A stretch of DNA of 35,372 nt from IMG/VR virus record IMGVR_UViG_3300029533_000034, one strand, 5' to 3'. A program made the translations under genes and the position numbers. The number at the start of each line of letters is the position of its first letter. Positions within the stretch are counted from its first letter, which is position 1. Under the pieces are notes generated by a model. It was not told the DNA's origin. It made no database searches and saw only the letters and a list, made by a program, of their open reading frames with translations. This DNA comes from a virus (taxonomy: Duplodnaviria; Heunggongvirae; Uroviricota; Caudoviricetes). Shown here piece by piece: positions 9,287 to 18,639 of the stretch.

Positions 9287-10963
9287 ATGAGTGCAGAAAA
9301 GAAAAGGATTGTAAAAAGAAGCAAAACGAATTCCGTTATGGAATTGGTCGCATCCAGGCTTGGAGTTACCCCGTATGAACTGGAGAGAGAAGTTTCCGGA
9401 AAGTGCAAAAACGTGTTAAACATAGCAGGGCTGGATAAAGCAGTTGATCTCTTCTGGTCAATGATTGACAGTCCAGTCTATGTTTACTGTGATTACGACT
9501 GCGATGGAATCACATCCGGAAGTATTATTTCCATCGGGTGCAATTCCATCGGGATTAAGCCGCACATTATTATTCCGCGCCGTTTTACAGACGGCTATGG
9601 AATCAAGGTAAAAAATCTTGAGAACATGGATCCGTCCGGACTGCTGATTACCGTAGATAACGGCATCGCAGCAAATGAAGCGGTTGATACCGCAAAAGAA
9701 AAGGGTATGAAAGTGATCATTCTTGACCACCATGAAGCTCGTATCTTAAATGGTGAGCAGTTCCTTCCAGAAGCTGATGTTGTGATTGATCCTCACATCA
9801 CAGAAGCTGATTTTGAGGATTACTGCGGTGCGGGGCTGGCATACCGTTTCATGCGAGAAGTTTTCGCAAAAAAGAGAAGACCTGCTGATTTAAACGGTAT
9901 CATGTCTTCCATGATTGCACTTGCTGCAGTCGGAACCGTCGGTGACAGTGTTACAATGAAAGCTGAAAACCGCTTCCTTGTAAGAAGAGGAATGGAACAA
10001 ATCGAGCAGAAACGTGTTTCCACCGGGCTTGCTCTTCTTCTTGAAGAAATGAAGCTGAGCGATACACTTTCTGTAGAAGACATTGCATATTCCCTTGTAC
10101 CGGCTATCAATGCGTTTGGGCGTCTGGAGGATGAAGGCAGTCGCAAAGTTGCCGCATTGTTATCTTATACCGGACGGAAATCTGACGGAGCGAAAAATGC
10201 CGCACAGATCGTCAAACAGATGAATGATGAGCGGAAAACGTATTGCAAGGAACTGACGGAACTGGCAGAGAAAATGGTCGAGGAAACCGGACAGATGAAC
10301 AATTCTGTACTGGTGCTGCAGGATGACCGTTTTCTGAAAGGTATCTGCGGAATTATTGCGGGAAACCTGACAGAGAAATACAAGGTTCCAAGCATTGTAT
10401 TTGGTGCTCCAGAAAATGGTATTTGCGTTGGTAGCGGGCGCAGCCGTGACTGGTGTAACCTGAAAGCCGCAATGGATAAATGCAGCGGATTGTTCTTCCA
10501 GTACGGAGGGCACCCGGCGGCGTGCGGAGCTTCCATCCAGATTGAAAACATTGATACGCTCCGGCAGACGATGTGTGACCTGATTGAAAAAGTGGAAGAG
10601 CCTGGAGATGACGTCGTATTTTATGATATTGATGGAAATGTGCATACCTTATATGCGCTTTACAAAGATGTCCGGAAATATGGTCCATACGGGGCTGGAA
10701 ACGAAGAACCGGTTGTCTGCCTAAAAGGGCTGGAACTCAAGGAAAACAAATTTGGTGATTTATTCCGAGAGATGGGTTCTGAAAAACAGCATCTGAAACT
10801 CTTTTGTGAGGGAATTGATGTTCTGTGGTTTAATGCTTCTGAAAAGTACAAGGAGATGGGAAAACCGAAAAAACTGAATGTTGTAGGTAGACTGTCAACA
10901 AATACGTATAAAGGTAAAACATCCCTGCAGATTAATGCGGAGTATGTGGAGGCTACTGAATAA
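9287..10963 (+). CDS. recJ: single-stranded-DNA-specific exonuclease RecJ (DHH/DHHA1)
   Basis: DYDCDG, ITVDNG, ILDHH, CGAGLA, GTVGD, PAINAFGRL, GSGRS, GGHPAACG and PYGAGNEEP motifs. Confidence 0.92.
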   Translation: MSAEKKRIVKRSKTNSVMELVASRLGVTPYELEREVSGKCKNVLNIAGLDKAVDLFWSMIDSPVYVYCDYDCDGITSGSIISIGCNSIGIKPHIIIPRRFTDGYGIKVKNLENMDPSGLLITVDNGIAANEAVDTAKEKGMKVIILDHHEARILNGEQFLPEADVVIDPHITEADFEDYCGAGLAYRFMREVFAKKRRPADLNGIMSSMIALAAVGTVGDSVTMKAENRFLVRRGMEQIEQKRVSTGLALLLEEMKLSDTLSVEDIAYSLVPAINAFGRLEDEGSRKVAALLSYTGRKSDGAKNAAQIVKQMNDERKTYCKELTELAEKMVEETGQMNNSVLVLQDDRFLKGICGIIAGNLTEKYKVPSIVFGAPENGICVGSGRSRDWCNLKAAMDKCSGLFFQYGGHPAACGASIQIENIDTLRQTMCDLIEKVEEPGDDVVFYDIDGNVHTLYALYKDVRKYGPYGAGNEEPVVCLKGLELKENKFGDLFREMGSEKQHLKLFCEGIDVLWFNASEKYKEMGKPKKLNVVGRLSTNTYKGKTSLQINAEYVEATE

Positions 10964-10966
10964 ATG

Positions 10967-10994
10967 AAAGCTGCGCGATTTTGCGCAGCTTTTT
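10967..10994. terminator. bidirectional terminator between convergent genes
   Basis: AAAGCTGCGC-gatttt-GCGCAGCTTTTT. Confidence 0.7.
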
Positions 10995-11017
10995 CTTTGG
11001 GATGATCCTATTGGAAA

Positions 11018-11983
11018 TTACAACATCTGGATAGCTTTCTGGCAGTCAATTTTTTCAATGGTGTTTAAGTCTCTGTCGGAAAATGCAATTAGGGGACTTT
11101 TTTCGGTGAGTCTTACTGCCTGCGCCTTAATGCAGGCTTCCACCGTCTTTCTGGCAAGTCTTCCGTTGGCGAAATCCGGATTCTTACATTCTGATGCATA
11201 ATAATTGTTAAGGACATCAAAACAGCTATTATCGAGAATGTAGCCGCTTTCCATGGCATAGGACTGCGAGATCACATACATTTCATCCGGCGAGTAATTT
11301 TCAAACTGCAGGGTTTTCCCGAAACGGGAGGAAAGTCCGGGGTTGGAGTTTAAGAAACGCTGCATCTCATTCGGGTATCCGGCCACAATTACAACAAGGT
11401 TATTCCTGTTATCTTCCATCTCTTTCAGGATAATTTCGATTGCCCGCTGTCCGTAATCATTTTCTCCGGACGCGAGGGAATACGCTTCATCAATAAACAG
11501 GATTCCTCCGTCAGCTTCACTTAAGATCTGTTTTGTTTTCTGCTCAGTCTGTCCCTGATACTGCCCGATAAGTCCCGAACGGTCAGTCTCGATCAACTGA
11601 CCGTGCTCGACCACATTTAAGGCTTTGTAGATATCAGCAATAATCCGAGCAACGGTTGTCTTTCCAGTGCCGGGGTTTCCAAGAAAAATGAGATGGTTTG
11701 AGATCTGTGCTGTTTTCATTCCACGGTTTTCCCGTTCAATATTAAGTTTCTGCAGCTGGACAAGATTGCGCACATCCTGCTTGATGGATGAAAGCCCTGT
11801 CATTTTGTCAAGCTTTTGCAGAGCAGATTCCAGTAATGTCTCATCAATTTGGATGTCCGTCTGCCGGTTTGATACGTTTATTGCTGATTTCCGATCCGGT
11901 GCGGCAGACGTGGAGAAAGGCAGCGGATTTCCCGCGCCGGCCTGTACCTGTTTTTTCTTTTTATTTCCAATCCCAAAAAACAT
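11018..11983 (-). CDS. AAA+ ATPase of the SpoVK/CbbX family
   Basis: HLIFLGNPGTGKTTVAR Walker A, GGILFIDEAYSL Walker B, VIVAGY, NPGLSSRF and FANGR. AGGAGG RBS before ATG 11983. Confidence 0.85.
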   Translation of the reverse strand: MFFGIGNKKKKQVQAGAGNPLPFSTSAAPDRKSAINVSNRQTDIQIDETLLESALQKLDKMTGLSSIKQDVRNLVQLQKLNIERENRGMKTAQISNHLIFLGNPGTGKTTVARIIADIYKALNVVEHGQLIETDRSGLIGQYQGQTEQKTKQILSEADGGILFIDEAYSLASGENDYGQRAIEIILKEMEDNRNNLVVIVAGYPNEMQRFLNSNPGLSSRFGKTLQFENYSPDEMYVISQSYAMESGYILDNSCFDVLNNYYASECKNPDFANGRLARKTVEACIKAQAVRLTEKSPLIAFSDRDLNTIEKIDCQKAIQML

Positions 11984-12079
11984 AATTTCTTCCTCCTGAT
12001 GGGTTTGTATGCCAGTTACATCATTAATATGTATTCCTGTTTTGAGAGAGGAAATTTGCATAAAAAAAAGAGCAGGCTG

Positions 12080-12385
12080 TTAGCACGCCTGTTCTTCCTC
12101 AAGAAAGAGTTCCATCATTGTTTTGAAGGAGTCTACCTTGCTTTTTTCGGTATCAAGGAAATACTTGATACATTTGTAGGTTGAATTCTGGACACGAATG
12201 GTAAATAATCCCTGTCCAAAGCGGTCAGCCAGAACGCTGTATACCGTCAGCTTGCGTTTTAATGCATACAGTGCCCGGATGTCCTGTATGAGTTCCGGAT
12301 GTTCCTCCAGATTTTGGTACTCATTATATGCTTCATAGAAGGCTTTTTTAAGTTCTTCTATTTTTCTGCTTGTTTCTGTATCCAT
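12080..12385 (-). CDS. hypothetical protein (101 aa)
   Basis: GAAAGGAGA RBS and a motif-A copy at 12414-12434. Confidence 0.7.
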   Translation of the reverse strand: MDTETSRKIEELKKAFYEAYNEYQNLEEHPELIQDIRALYALKRKLTVYSVLADRFGQGLFTIRVQNSTYKCIKYFLDTEKSKVDSFKTMMELFLEEEQAC

Positions 12386-12518
12386 TTTTTCTCCTTTCGA
12401 TGCGTTTTCTTTAGTTCACATTTTTAATATGAGATAAAAAAGTTTCCGCGAAAATATTAAAAATAGCTGATTCTATTTGACGATTTGCAAAATGGCGCAA
12501 TATACAAAGTGAAGGGAA

Positions 12519-13550
12519 GTGAAAATTTTGAACAGGGAAAAAATAGTAGAAAGAACAAATTTTACAAATGAGGAAAAAGAAGATATTTTAAAGAAAAGCG
12601 GGGGAATATGTGCGCACTGTGGGAAGCCGATTTACATTGGCTACCAGTTTTCGGTCGATCACTATATTCCGTTGACAAAAGGAGGGGTAAACCGCAGCTA
12701 CAATCTTGTACCATTGTGTAAGGAGTGTAACAAAAAGAAAGACGACAAGATATTTGAACCGGAAGAGTATCTTCCATATTTGAAAGAAAAGCCAATGGAA
12801 CAGCTGAAAGGATATTATGAAAGTTATGTGAAATCCTTTAATTTCGTTTCACGGAATAATTACCTTGCACTGGATAGCTTTACAGTCTCGACATATGTGC
12901 CTATCCGGAGCATGATGTATTCCAAGAAACCTGTGCAGGTAAAGTATACGGCAAAGCGTGCGGAATACTGCGATCTGGATAAGCTGTATGCGTATTATGT
13001 GGAAATTTTAAAAAAGCATGGGGTATTTTGCGGGGCAGAATATGCAAAAGAAAACCTGCAATTTTGGTTTGAAAAAGGCTGCATTTATTTTATCGAGAAG
13101 AACGGTGATATTAAAGTAATGGTGGCATTTGATGTTCTTGAAGGACTGGCATCACAGAATTACGGAATTGATAAATGTATTGAGGAATTTATTTTTCCGA
13201 AATACTCTACTTATTCCGCAATCTCGCTTACAGAGAGTATGCTTTTAGAGATTCCAAGACGGATTGCAGAAGAGCAGAAACTTGGTGTACTCCCGTTAAT
13301 CCTTTCAGGGATCAAAAATGACAATGGATTTACACAGTGCCGCCCGGTAAGGGACATTTCCCCATGTGGGTACGACTTTGATGGAAGGGTTGTCCAGTTT
13401 TTTGTAAATATCGGGTATCACGATGAAGATATTACCAGAAGGTCAAGATACGAATTTGAAGCGCGGATCCGGTCGGAGGCTGTCGCAACAAATAACTTTT
13501 TCAAGAAAATCGAAGCGGTCAATAAAGTTAAAATGATAAAAGATAAATAA
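12519..13550 (+). CDS. HNH endonuclease domain protein with additional C-terminal domain
   Basis: CAHCG...VDHYIPLTKGGVNRSYNLVPLCKECNKKK. Confidence 0.85.
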   Translation: MKILNREKIVERTNFTNEEKEDILKKSGGICAHCGKPIYIGYQFSVDHYIPLTKGGVNRSYNLVPLCKECNKKKDDKIFEPEEYLPYLKEKPMEQLKGYYESYVKSFNFVSRNNYLALDSFTVSTYVPIRSMMYSKKPVQVKYTAKRAEYCDLDKLYAYYVEILKKHGVFCGAEYAKENLQFWFEKGCIYFIEKNGDIKVMVAFDVLEGLASQNYGIDKCIEEFIFPKYSTYSAISLTESMLLEIPRRIAEEQKLGVLPLILSGIKNDNGFTQCRPVRDISPCGYDFDGRVVQFFVNIGYHDEDITRRSRYEFEARIRSEAVATNNFFKKIEAVNKVKMIKDK

Positions 13551-13742
13551 AAGATACAATGACAAATACCTTACCTTGACAGAAAACTGTGCCAAGTATC
13601 AGAAAAATGGAACTCGTGGGAAGACAATGGGCTCGAATGGTTTGTTCTGATCTGCGGAATTATCATCGTTGTACTTTCAGTGACACAAATTAATATGGGG
13701 GAGGGCAATTTAAGATATTCTCCGTAGAAAGAAAGGAAACGT

Positions 13743-14444
13743 ATGAAAATTGAATGTTTAAAACCAGGTACGGATATAACGATTGATGCCTCTGATGGCA
13801 CAAAGAACCTGTCTTTTGCGAGCAGTGTCTTGGAAGTGACAGAAAAAGACAGGGAATACTTAAAACAGGTGTGTCCACGTTCGTTTAATCTGTCACAAAT
13901 TCCGATTGCAGTCGTCTATGAACAGGAATATGTTGTTAATTTCGAGAGCAAAACAGCGGTGTGTTCCGTGACCGCGCTGATCGATGGACGTCCATACATC
14001 TGGGATCGTGTGAAAATTATCATTATCAACCTTCCGGATTCCGGGAACTGCTACATGGCGTTCAGTACAGGTAATGTTAAACCGTATAACAGGCGGTCGG
14101 AATACCGTCTGCCGTTAATGGGAGATGCAATCATTGGAATGGGCGGAACTACAAAAGATGCCATAATTCGGGATATTTCCCGGTCTGGCGTAGGCTTGAT
14201 GTGCGATGAAGGTTTTGGACTGGAAAGAGGAATGCATCTTGAGGTCCAGTTTAAGACAAAAATCGGATGGTCCGCGCAGCCCACTTTGTTCCGGCTGGAA
14301 GGAACCGTCTTAAGGGTGATCCCGGCGGGGAAAAGCCGGGTAAACGTGGGATGTAGGCTAACGAGAGCGGATGCAAACCTTGGAAAATTTATTGCAGCAA
14401 AGCAGAGGGAAATGCTTACGACGGAAAGAAATAAGAAAAATTAA
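13743..14444 (+). CDS. PilZ-domain (c-di-GMP-binding) protein
   Basis: RRSEYR (RxxxR) and DISRSG (DxSxxG) motifs in the C-terminal half. Confidence 0.85.
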   Translation: MKIECLKPGTDITIDASDGTKNLSFASSVLEVTEKDREYLKQVCPRSFNLSQIPIAVVYEQEYVVNFESKTAVCSVTALIDGRPYIWDRVKIIIINLPDSGNCYMAFSTGNVKPYNRRSEYRLPLMGDAIIGMGGTTKDAIIRDISRSGVGLMCDEGFGLERGMHLEVQFKTKIGWSAQPTLFRLEGTVLRVIPAGKSRVNVGCRLTRADANLGKFIAAKQREMLTTERNKKN

Positions 14445-14556
14445 AAATACCGGAAAATCCTTTGACGAATTACAAAATGGCGCAATATATCACATGGAAG
14501 CGGTTTTGGCTTCTTAAAAATTAGATTTCAGTATTAGAGAAAGAGAGGATTGTTTT

Positions 14557-15630
14557 ATGAACCAGAAGGAAGTAACAGAATTAAAGAAACGTTTTACAAA
14601 AGATTCCTGCACATTCCCGCGTGTCTGTGGAATCTATGTGGATGTGAACAAAAATAAGCAGGCATCCATGAATATGCAGTTCTTAAACCTTGATGAAGAT
14701 GTCATGTTTAAGTATCTGGATATCGCTAAAAAGACGCTCTCTGGGAAAGTCGGGGATGCGCTCTTAAACATTGACATGAACAACGGCCGTTCCGACCAGG
14801 AGGAGATGATAGATCTTCTGCTTGGTATTAAAGATAGCAAACTGGGGGATGAAAAACTGTTAGACCAGTTCTATGACCGTGTGATCGAATCCTATATCAC
14901 GGATGATCCCTACTATATCATCCTCTTTTATGATGCCTACGACGTGCCGGTAAAGGCATCGGATGAAATAGAACTGGATGATTCCGAAGAGGTATACACC
15001 TATATTCTTTGTTCCATCTGCCCGGTCAAAATGTCAAAGCCAGGGCTTGGATATTTTGAAACAGAGGATAAGGTAGACCTTCGTATCCGTGACTGGGTGG
15101 TACAGACACCTGTTGCCGGTTTTTTGTATCCTTCCTTTAATGAGAGAAGTTCGGACGTGAATGAAGCCCTTTTCTTTAGCAAAAAGCCAAAGGAAATTGA
15201 CCATTGTTTTATTGATGATCTTATGTGCTGCGAAAGTGGGCGTTCTAAATCGGAGAAGAAAGTGGAATTCGACTCAATTGTAGAAAAGGTGTTAGAAGAA
15301 TACCGGGACGCAGAGGAAAAGATCTATTCATTTCATGAAAACTTAAATGCGCTTGTCGATGAAAGGGAAGCAACAGAAAGCGATGAACCGCTGACTGCAG
15401 AGGAAGTCCTGGATGCCGCGCAGGAAGCAGGATTTGAAGAAGCTTATGCACAGCAGATTTCGGATTCCTATGCTTCTTCGTTTAAGGAAGACCCTGATAC
15501 ACCGGAAACGTTTGTGGACAAGAAACTTTTGGAGAAAAATGCTGCATTAAAAGAAGTCACAGACCTTAAGGCGGAAGTATCCAGACTGATGAAGGAAAAT
15601 CTGGAATTAAAGAAGAGACTTGAGGAATAG
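14557..15630 (+). CDS. DUF4317-family protein
   Basis: MNQKEVTELKKRF...YLDIAKKTLSG...DAYDVP...YILCSICPV...GFLYPSFNERSSD, characteristic of this Clostridiales family (recognised from memory). Confidence 0.8.
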   Translation: MNQKEVTELKKRFTKDSCTFPRVCGIYVDVNKNKQASMNMQFLNLDEDVMFKYLDIAKKTLSGKVGDALLNIDMNNGRSDQEEMIDLLLGIKDSKLGDEKLLDQFYDRVIESYITDDPYYIILFYDAYDVPVKASDEIELDDSEEVYTYILCSICPVKMSKPGLGYFETEDKVDLRIRDWVVQTPVAGFLYPSFNERSSDVNEALFFSKKPKEIDHCFIDDLMCCESGRSKSEKKVEFDSIVEKVLEEYRDAEEKIYSFHENLNALVDEREATESDEPLTAEEVLDAAQEAGFEEAYAQQISDSYASSFKEDPDTPETFVDKKLLEKNAALKEVTDLKAEVSRLMKENLELKKRLEE

Positions 15631-15641
15631 GATTAAAAATT

Positions 15642-15881
15642 ATGCGGATTGTAGATTACAAGATCATGCGGCCGCCGCTGGATGAATTTAACTTCGTCCT
15701 TGTGGCGGACGAAGAAGGTGTCAGGGCAGAGCTTAAGGGAATGGAATGCAGTGATGCAGAAATTTCTTCAATGAAAGGGGAAAAAGACACACTTCTTAAT
15801 GTACTGCCCATTCTTACAAAAAAAGGGTACACATTCTTTCCGGGAAAAGGATTTTATCGAATAAAGAAAAGAAAGGAATAA
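15642..15881 (+). CDS. hypothetical protein (79 aa)
   Basis: ORF closely spaced between two co-oriented genes. Confidence 0.55.
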   Translation: MRIVDYKIMRPPLDEFNFVLVADEEGVRAELKGMECSDAEISSMKGEKDTLLNVLPILTKKGYTFFPGKGFYRIKKRKE

Positions 15882-15885
15882 AAGG

Positions 15886-16740
15886 GTGCAGAAAACAAAA
15901 ATATTCAGAAAACTCGTGGGTGCCGTGCTTTGTGCGGGAATGCTGGTCGGACTGACAGGGAGTATGTCGGTGACAGCACAGGCTGCCTTAAAAACCGTAA
16001 ATATCAGTGCGGTATATGGGAAAACGAAGATAATTAACGATTTAAAGACTGTGCCGATAGTCAGCAGTGAGACAAAAATATCATTTTCAAAAACATCGAA
16101 GGGCATCAAATTTAAGAGCCAACAGGAAGGGCTTGTGAAATTCAAGGCTGACGGAAAAAATTACCGGGTTCTTGTGATTCCTGATAACTTACCAAAGAAT
16201 AACTTCAAGTTTGGGTTACTTAAGTGCAAGAACGGAGTTTACTACACGGAGCAAAAGGATAAACTTGACAGCTGGGTAACTGTGTATAATTCCAACGATT
16301 ACGATGTGGATGTAACATATACGCATAGTGATTACAAAGATAAGTCAACGCTGTTTGAATCAAGAAAATATACAGAAAAAGCACTGGCTCCGGGAGAATC
16401 GTACACATTTTTCGTTTACTCATGTATGCCGTACTCGAAAAACAGTGTAAGCGTAACAAAGTCTAAGTATCAGTCGGTGTTAGAGAATGATGTATATACG
16501 GCGGTTGACACATTTAACCAACTGCAGACATCATTTGATTGCATAAATAATACAAATGACAAGATTACAGTTAAAATCAGTTATGCGAAACTGGATAAGA
16601 ATGGCAAAATCAACTCCTGTGGAGAAACAGAAGATGTTGTTCTGCCGGCAAATTCGCGCCAAAACTACACAATCTTAAATTACGGATTCTGTCCGTCAAA
16701 TGTTAAGATCGTTGATTTCCATGCATATATAACGAAATAG
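15886..16740 (+). CDS. secreted/surface protein
   Basis: Signal peptide (basic N-terminus, hydrophobic core, AQA cleavage site); beta-rich mature region. Confidence 0.7.
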   Translation: MQKTKIFRKLVGAVLCAGMLVGLTGSMSVTAQAALKTVNISAVYGKTKIINDLKTVPIVSSETKISFSKTSKGIKFKSQQEGLVKFKADGKNYRVLVIPDNLPKNNFKFGLLKCKNGVYYTEQKDKLDSWVTVYNSNDYDVDVTYTHSDYKDKSTLFESRKYTEKALAPGESYTFFVYSCMPYSKNSVSVTKSKYQSVLENDVYTAVDTFNQLQTSFDCINNTNDKITVKISYAKLDKNGKINSCGETEDVVLPANSRQNYTILNYGFCPSNVKIVDFHAYITK

Positions 16741-16864
16741 TTCGAATAATTGTCGGTGACATGGACAAGATTTCCGGAAAGATGCTGAACAACACAAGAT
16801 TACGGATACGTTAAAGGATGAGACTGCTTCGTTTGAGAAGATTTAATGGAAAGAAGGAAAGATA

Positions 16865-16972
16865 ATGAGGAATAAGAGAAAACAGATTGTTGCAAGAGTA
16901 ATTGCCAGTGTGGTGGTTGTAGCGATGATCGTCACATTTGCAGCGGAACTGGTACTGCAGTATTCCGTATAA
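16865..16972 (+). CDS. small single-TM protein (35 aa)
   Basis: MRNKRKQIVARVIASVVVVAMIVTFAAELVLQYSV; AAGGA upstream; below the ORF-track cutoff. Confidence 0.5.
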   Translation: MRNKRKQIVARVIASVVVVAMIVTFAAELVLQYSV

Positions 16973-17219
16973 GAATTTCCTTGGCAGTTAAATAGCTGCC
17001 AAGGATTTTTTGCATTTTTTTAAATTTTTCTCCAATTACTTTGACGAATTGCAAAAAGGCACAATATACACAATGACAATAAAAAGAAGATTGGAGGATT
17101 TTCCGATGAAAATGACAAACAAGGAGAAAACAGCACAAAAGACCGAGATACATGACCGTTAAGTGGTTCCATGCGGAACCGTACTATTTAAGGACACAGA
17201 AGAAAGCGCAGGAGGAATA

Positions 17220-17852
17220 ATGCCGGAAACATATATCTTAAAGATAAGAAGTGGCAGGAATAAAGTACATAAAAAGAGGCTGTATTTCTGGCTGAAAGAT
17301 TACGAACATGTTCCAAGGCAGAAGAACCGGGATTTTTATCAGAAAAAAGAATGTTCTGTAATGGAAAAGAACCGTATGCTAAGATGGTGCCGACGGTGGG
17401 GGTTTGTACTGGAAGCAGTACCTACAAAGTATACCAGGAGTCGGAGTTACCGGGCGGAGTATTTCCGCGAGAATCCGTCAAGGACAGGAAGGTATCGCTG
17501 CGTTTACTGCGGCAGGAAACTACCAAAAGAGAAGATAACTGTGGATCACATTTTTCCTATCCATGAAATGGAGACTTCGGCTGCCGTAAGAAGGCGGGCG
17601 GCACTGCATGGAATTAAAGGATCAAATGATGTAAAGAACCTCTGTGCCGCCTGCAGACGGTGTAATCTGCGGAAGGGTATACATATGGGGAGGTGGATAC
17701 GGAAAGCGTTCCTGGGGCGGATGACATGGTACTGGCCGGCGGTAAAGATACTCCGGCTGGCAGCCGTCTGTCTGGTTTTATACGCATTCGGGCGCTGGCA
17801 ACCGGATATCATCAGTTTTGTATGGGAATCAGTGCAGAAACTTAAATTTTAA
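17220..17852 (+). CDS. HNH endonuclease domain protein with C-terminal membrane anchor
   Basis: CVYCG...TVDHIFP...NDVKNLCAACRRCNLRK; hydrophobic C-terminus; AGGAGG RBS before ATG 17220. Confidence 0.8.
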   Translation: MPETYILKIRSGRNKVHKKRLYFWLKDYEHVPRQKNRDFYQKKECSVMEKNRMLRWCRRWGFVLEAVPTKYTRSRSYRAEYFRENPSRTGRYRCVYCGRKLPKEKITVDHIFPIHEMETSAAVRRRAALHGIKGSNDVKNLCAACRRCNLRKGIHMGRWIRKAFLGRMTWYWPAVKILRLAAVCLVLYAFGRWQPDIISFVWESVQKLKF

Positions 17853-17869
17853 AGGAGTAGGAAAAATAT

Positions 17870-18619
17870 ATGAGAAAAATTGAGAAAATATCAAAGAAAC
17901 ATAAGATTTTAAAAGAATTAAGTGAACAATCGGATTTGTTCCGGAAGGTGGAAGTGCTTCTGATATTTGTGGCAATTGCTGCCGCGGTTTTCATGGTGTC
18001 GTATTTGGAACATAATGCACTGGGATGGCTGGATTATTTTGATAACTATTCGTTGCCAGACATTTTTACTGTTTACGGTCTTCTTCTGATCGGGAATGTG
18101 GTAGTCGTGGCCGTCGCATGGGCGGCATACGTCAATATCAGATACATTTTCATTCCGTATATCTGCACGAATGTCCGGAAAATGCGTGCGATCCGGAATT
18201 ACTGCTACATTCCTCTAACGGAAGAGGAAGTTCTTCAGAAAGGATTTAAGAATGCCAGGGAGTATTTTTCTTATGTATGCCGCTTACTTGAGTATACAGA
18301 TACAATCATTCCGGATGGTGGATTGACGTTTGAGAAAAGAAATCGTACGCAAAAGAAGAAGGTGTATTTACCGCTTAAGAAAGAGGATCTTCGGGAAATG
18401 CTTCTGGTGTGTCTTGCCCTGTTTGAAAATAACGGTTCCTTGTTTGACCTTGAGGCAGAGGACTGCCGGATGTGCCCGGAATCTTTCAGGAATTTTGTTG
18501 CAGTTATGACAGTCAAGATGACGGCAGGTTACCCGCGTGATGCGTATGTCAAAGTGGAAAAAAATGGAAAAATCAAACTGGGATTTTACGAAAATAGCAA
18601 GATCGAAATCAAAATTTGA
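17870..18619 (+). CDS. hypothetical membrane protein (2 TM)
   Basis: AAGGAG upstream; two hydrophobic segments. Confidence 0.7.
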   Translation: MRKIEKISKKHKILKELSEQSDLFRKVEVLLIFVAIAAAVFMVSYLEHNALGWLDYFDNYSLPDIFTVYGLLLIGNVVVVAVAWAAYVNIRYIFIPYICTNVRKMRAIRNYCYIPLTEEEVLQKGFKNAREYFSYVCRLLEYTDTIIPDGGLTFEKRNRTQKKKVYLPLKKEDLREMLLVCLALFENNGSLFDLEAEDCRMCPESFRNFVAVMTVKMTAGYPRDAYVKVEKNGKIKLGFYENSKIEIKI

Positions 18620-18639
18620 ATACACCGAGGTAATTGCAA

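Larger units (their letters stand above)
12476..17068 (+). promoter_or_regulatory. dispersed motif B, TTTGACGAWTTRCAAAAWGGCRCAATATA, 3 copies
   Basis: Copies at 12476-12504, 14461-14489 and 17040-17068, each upstream of a + strand gene or operon. Each begins with a TTGACG -35-like hexamer. Confidence 0.75.
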
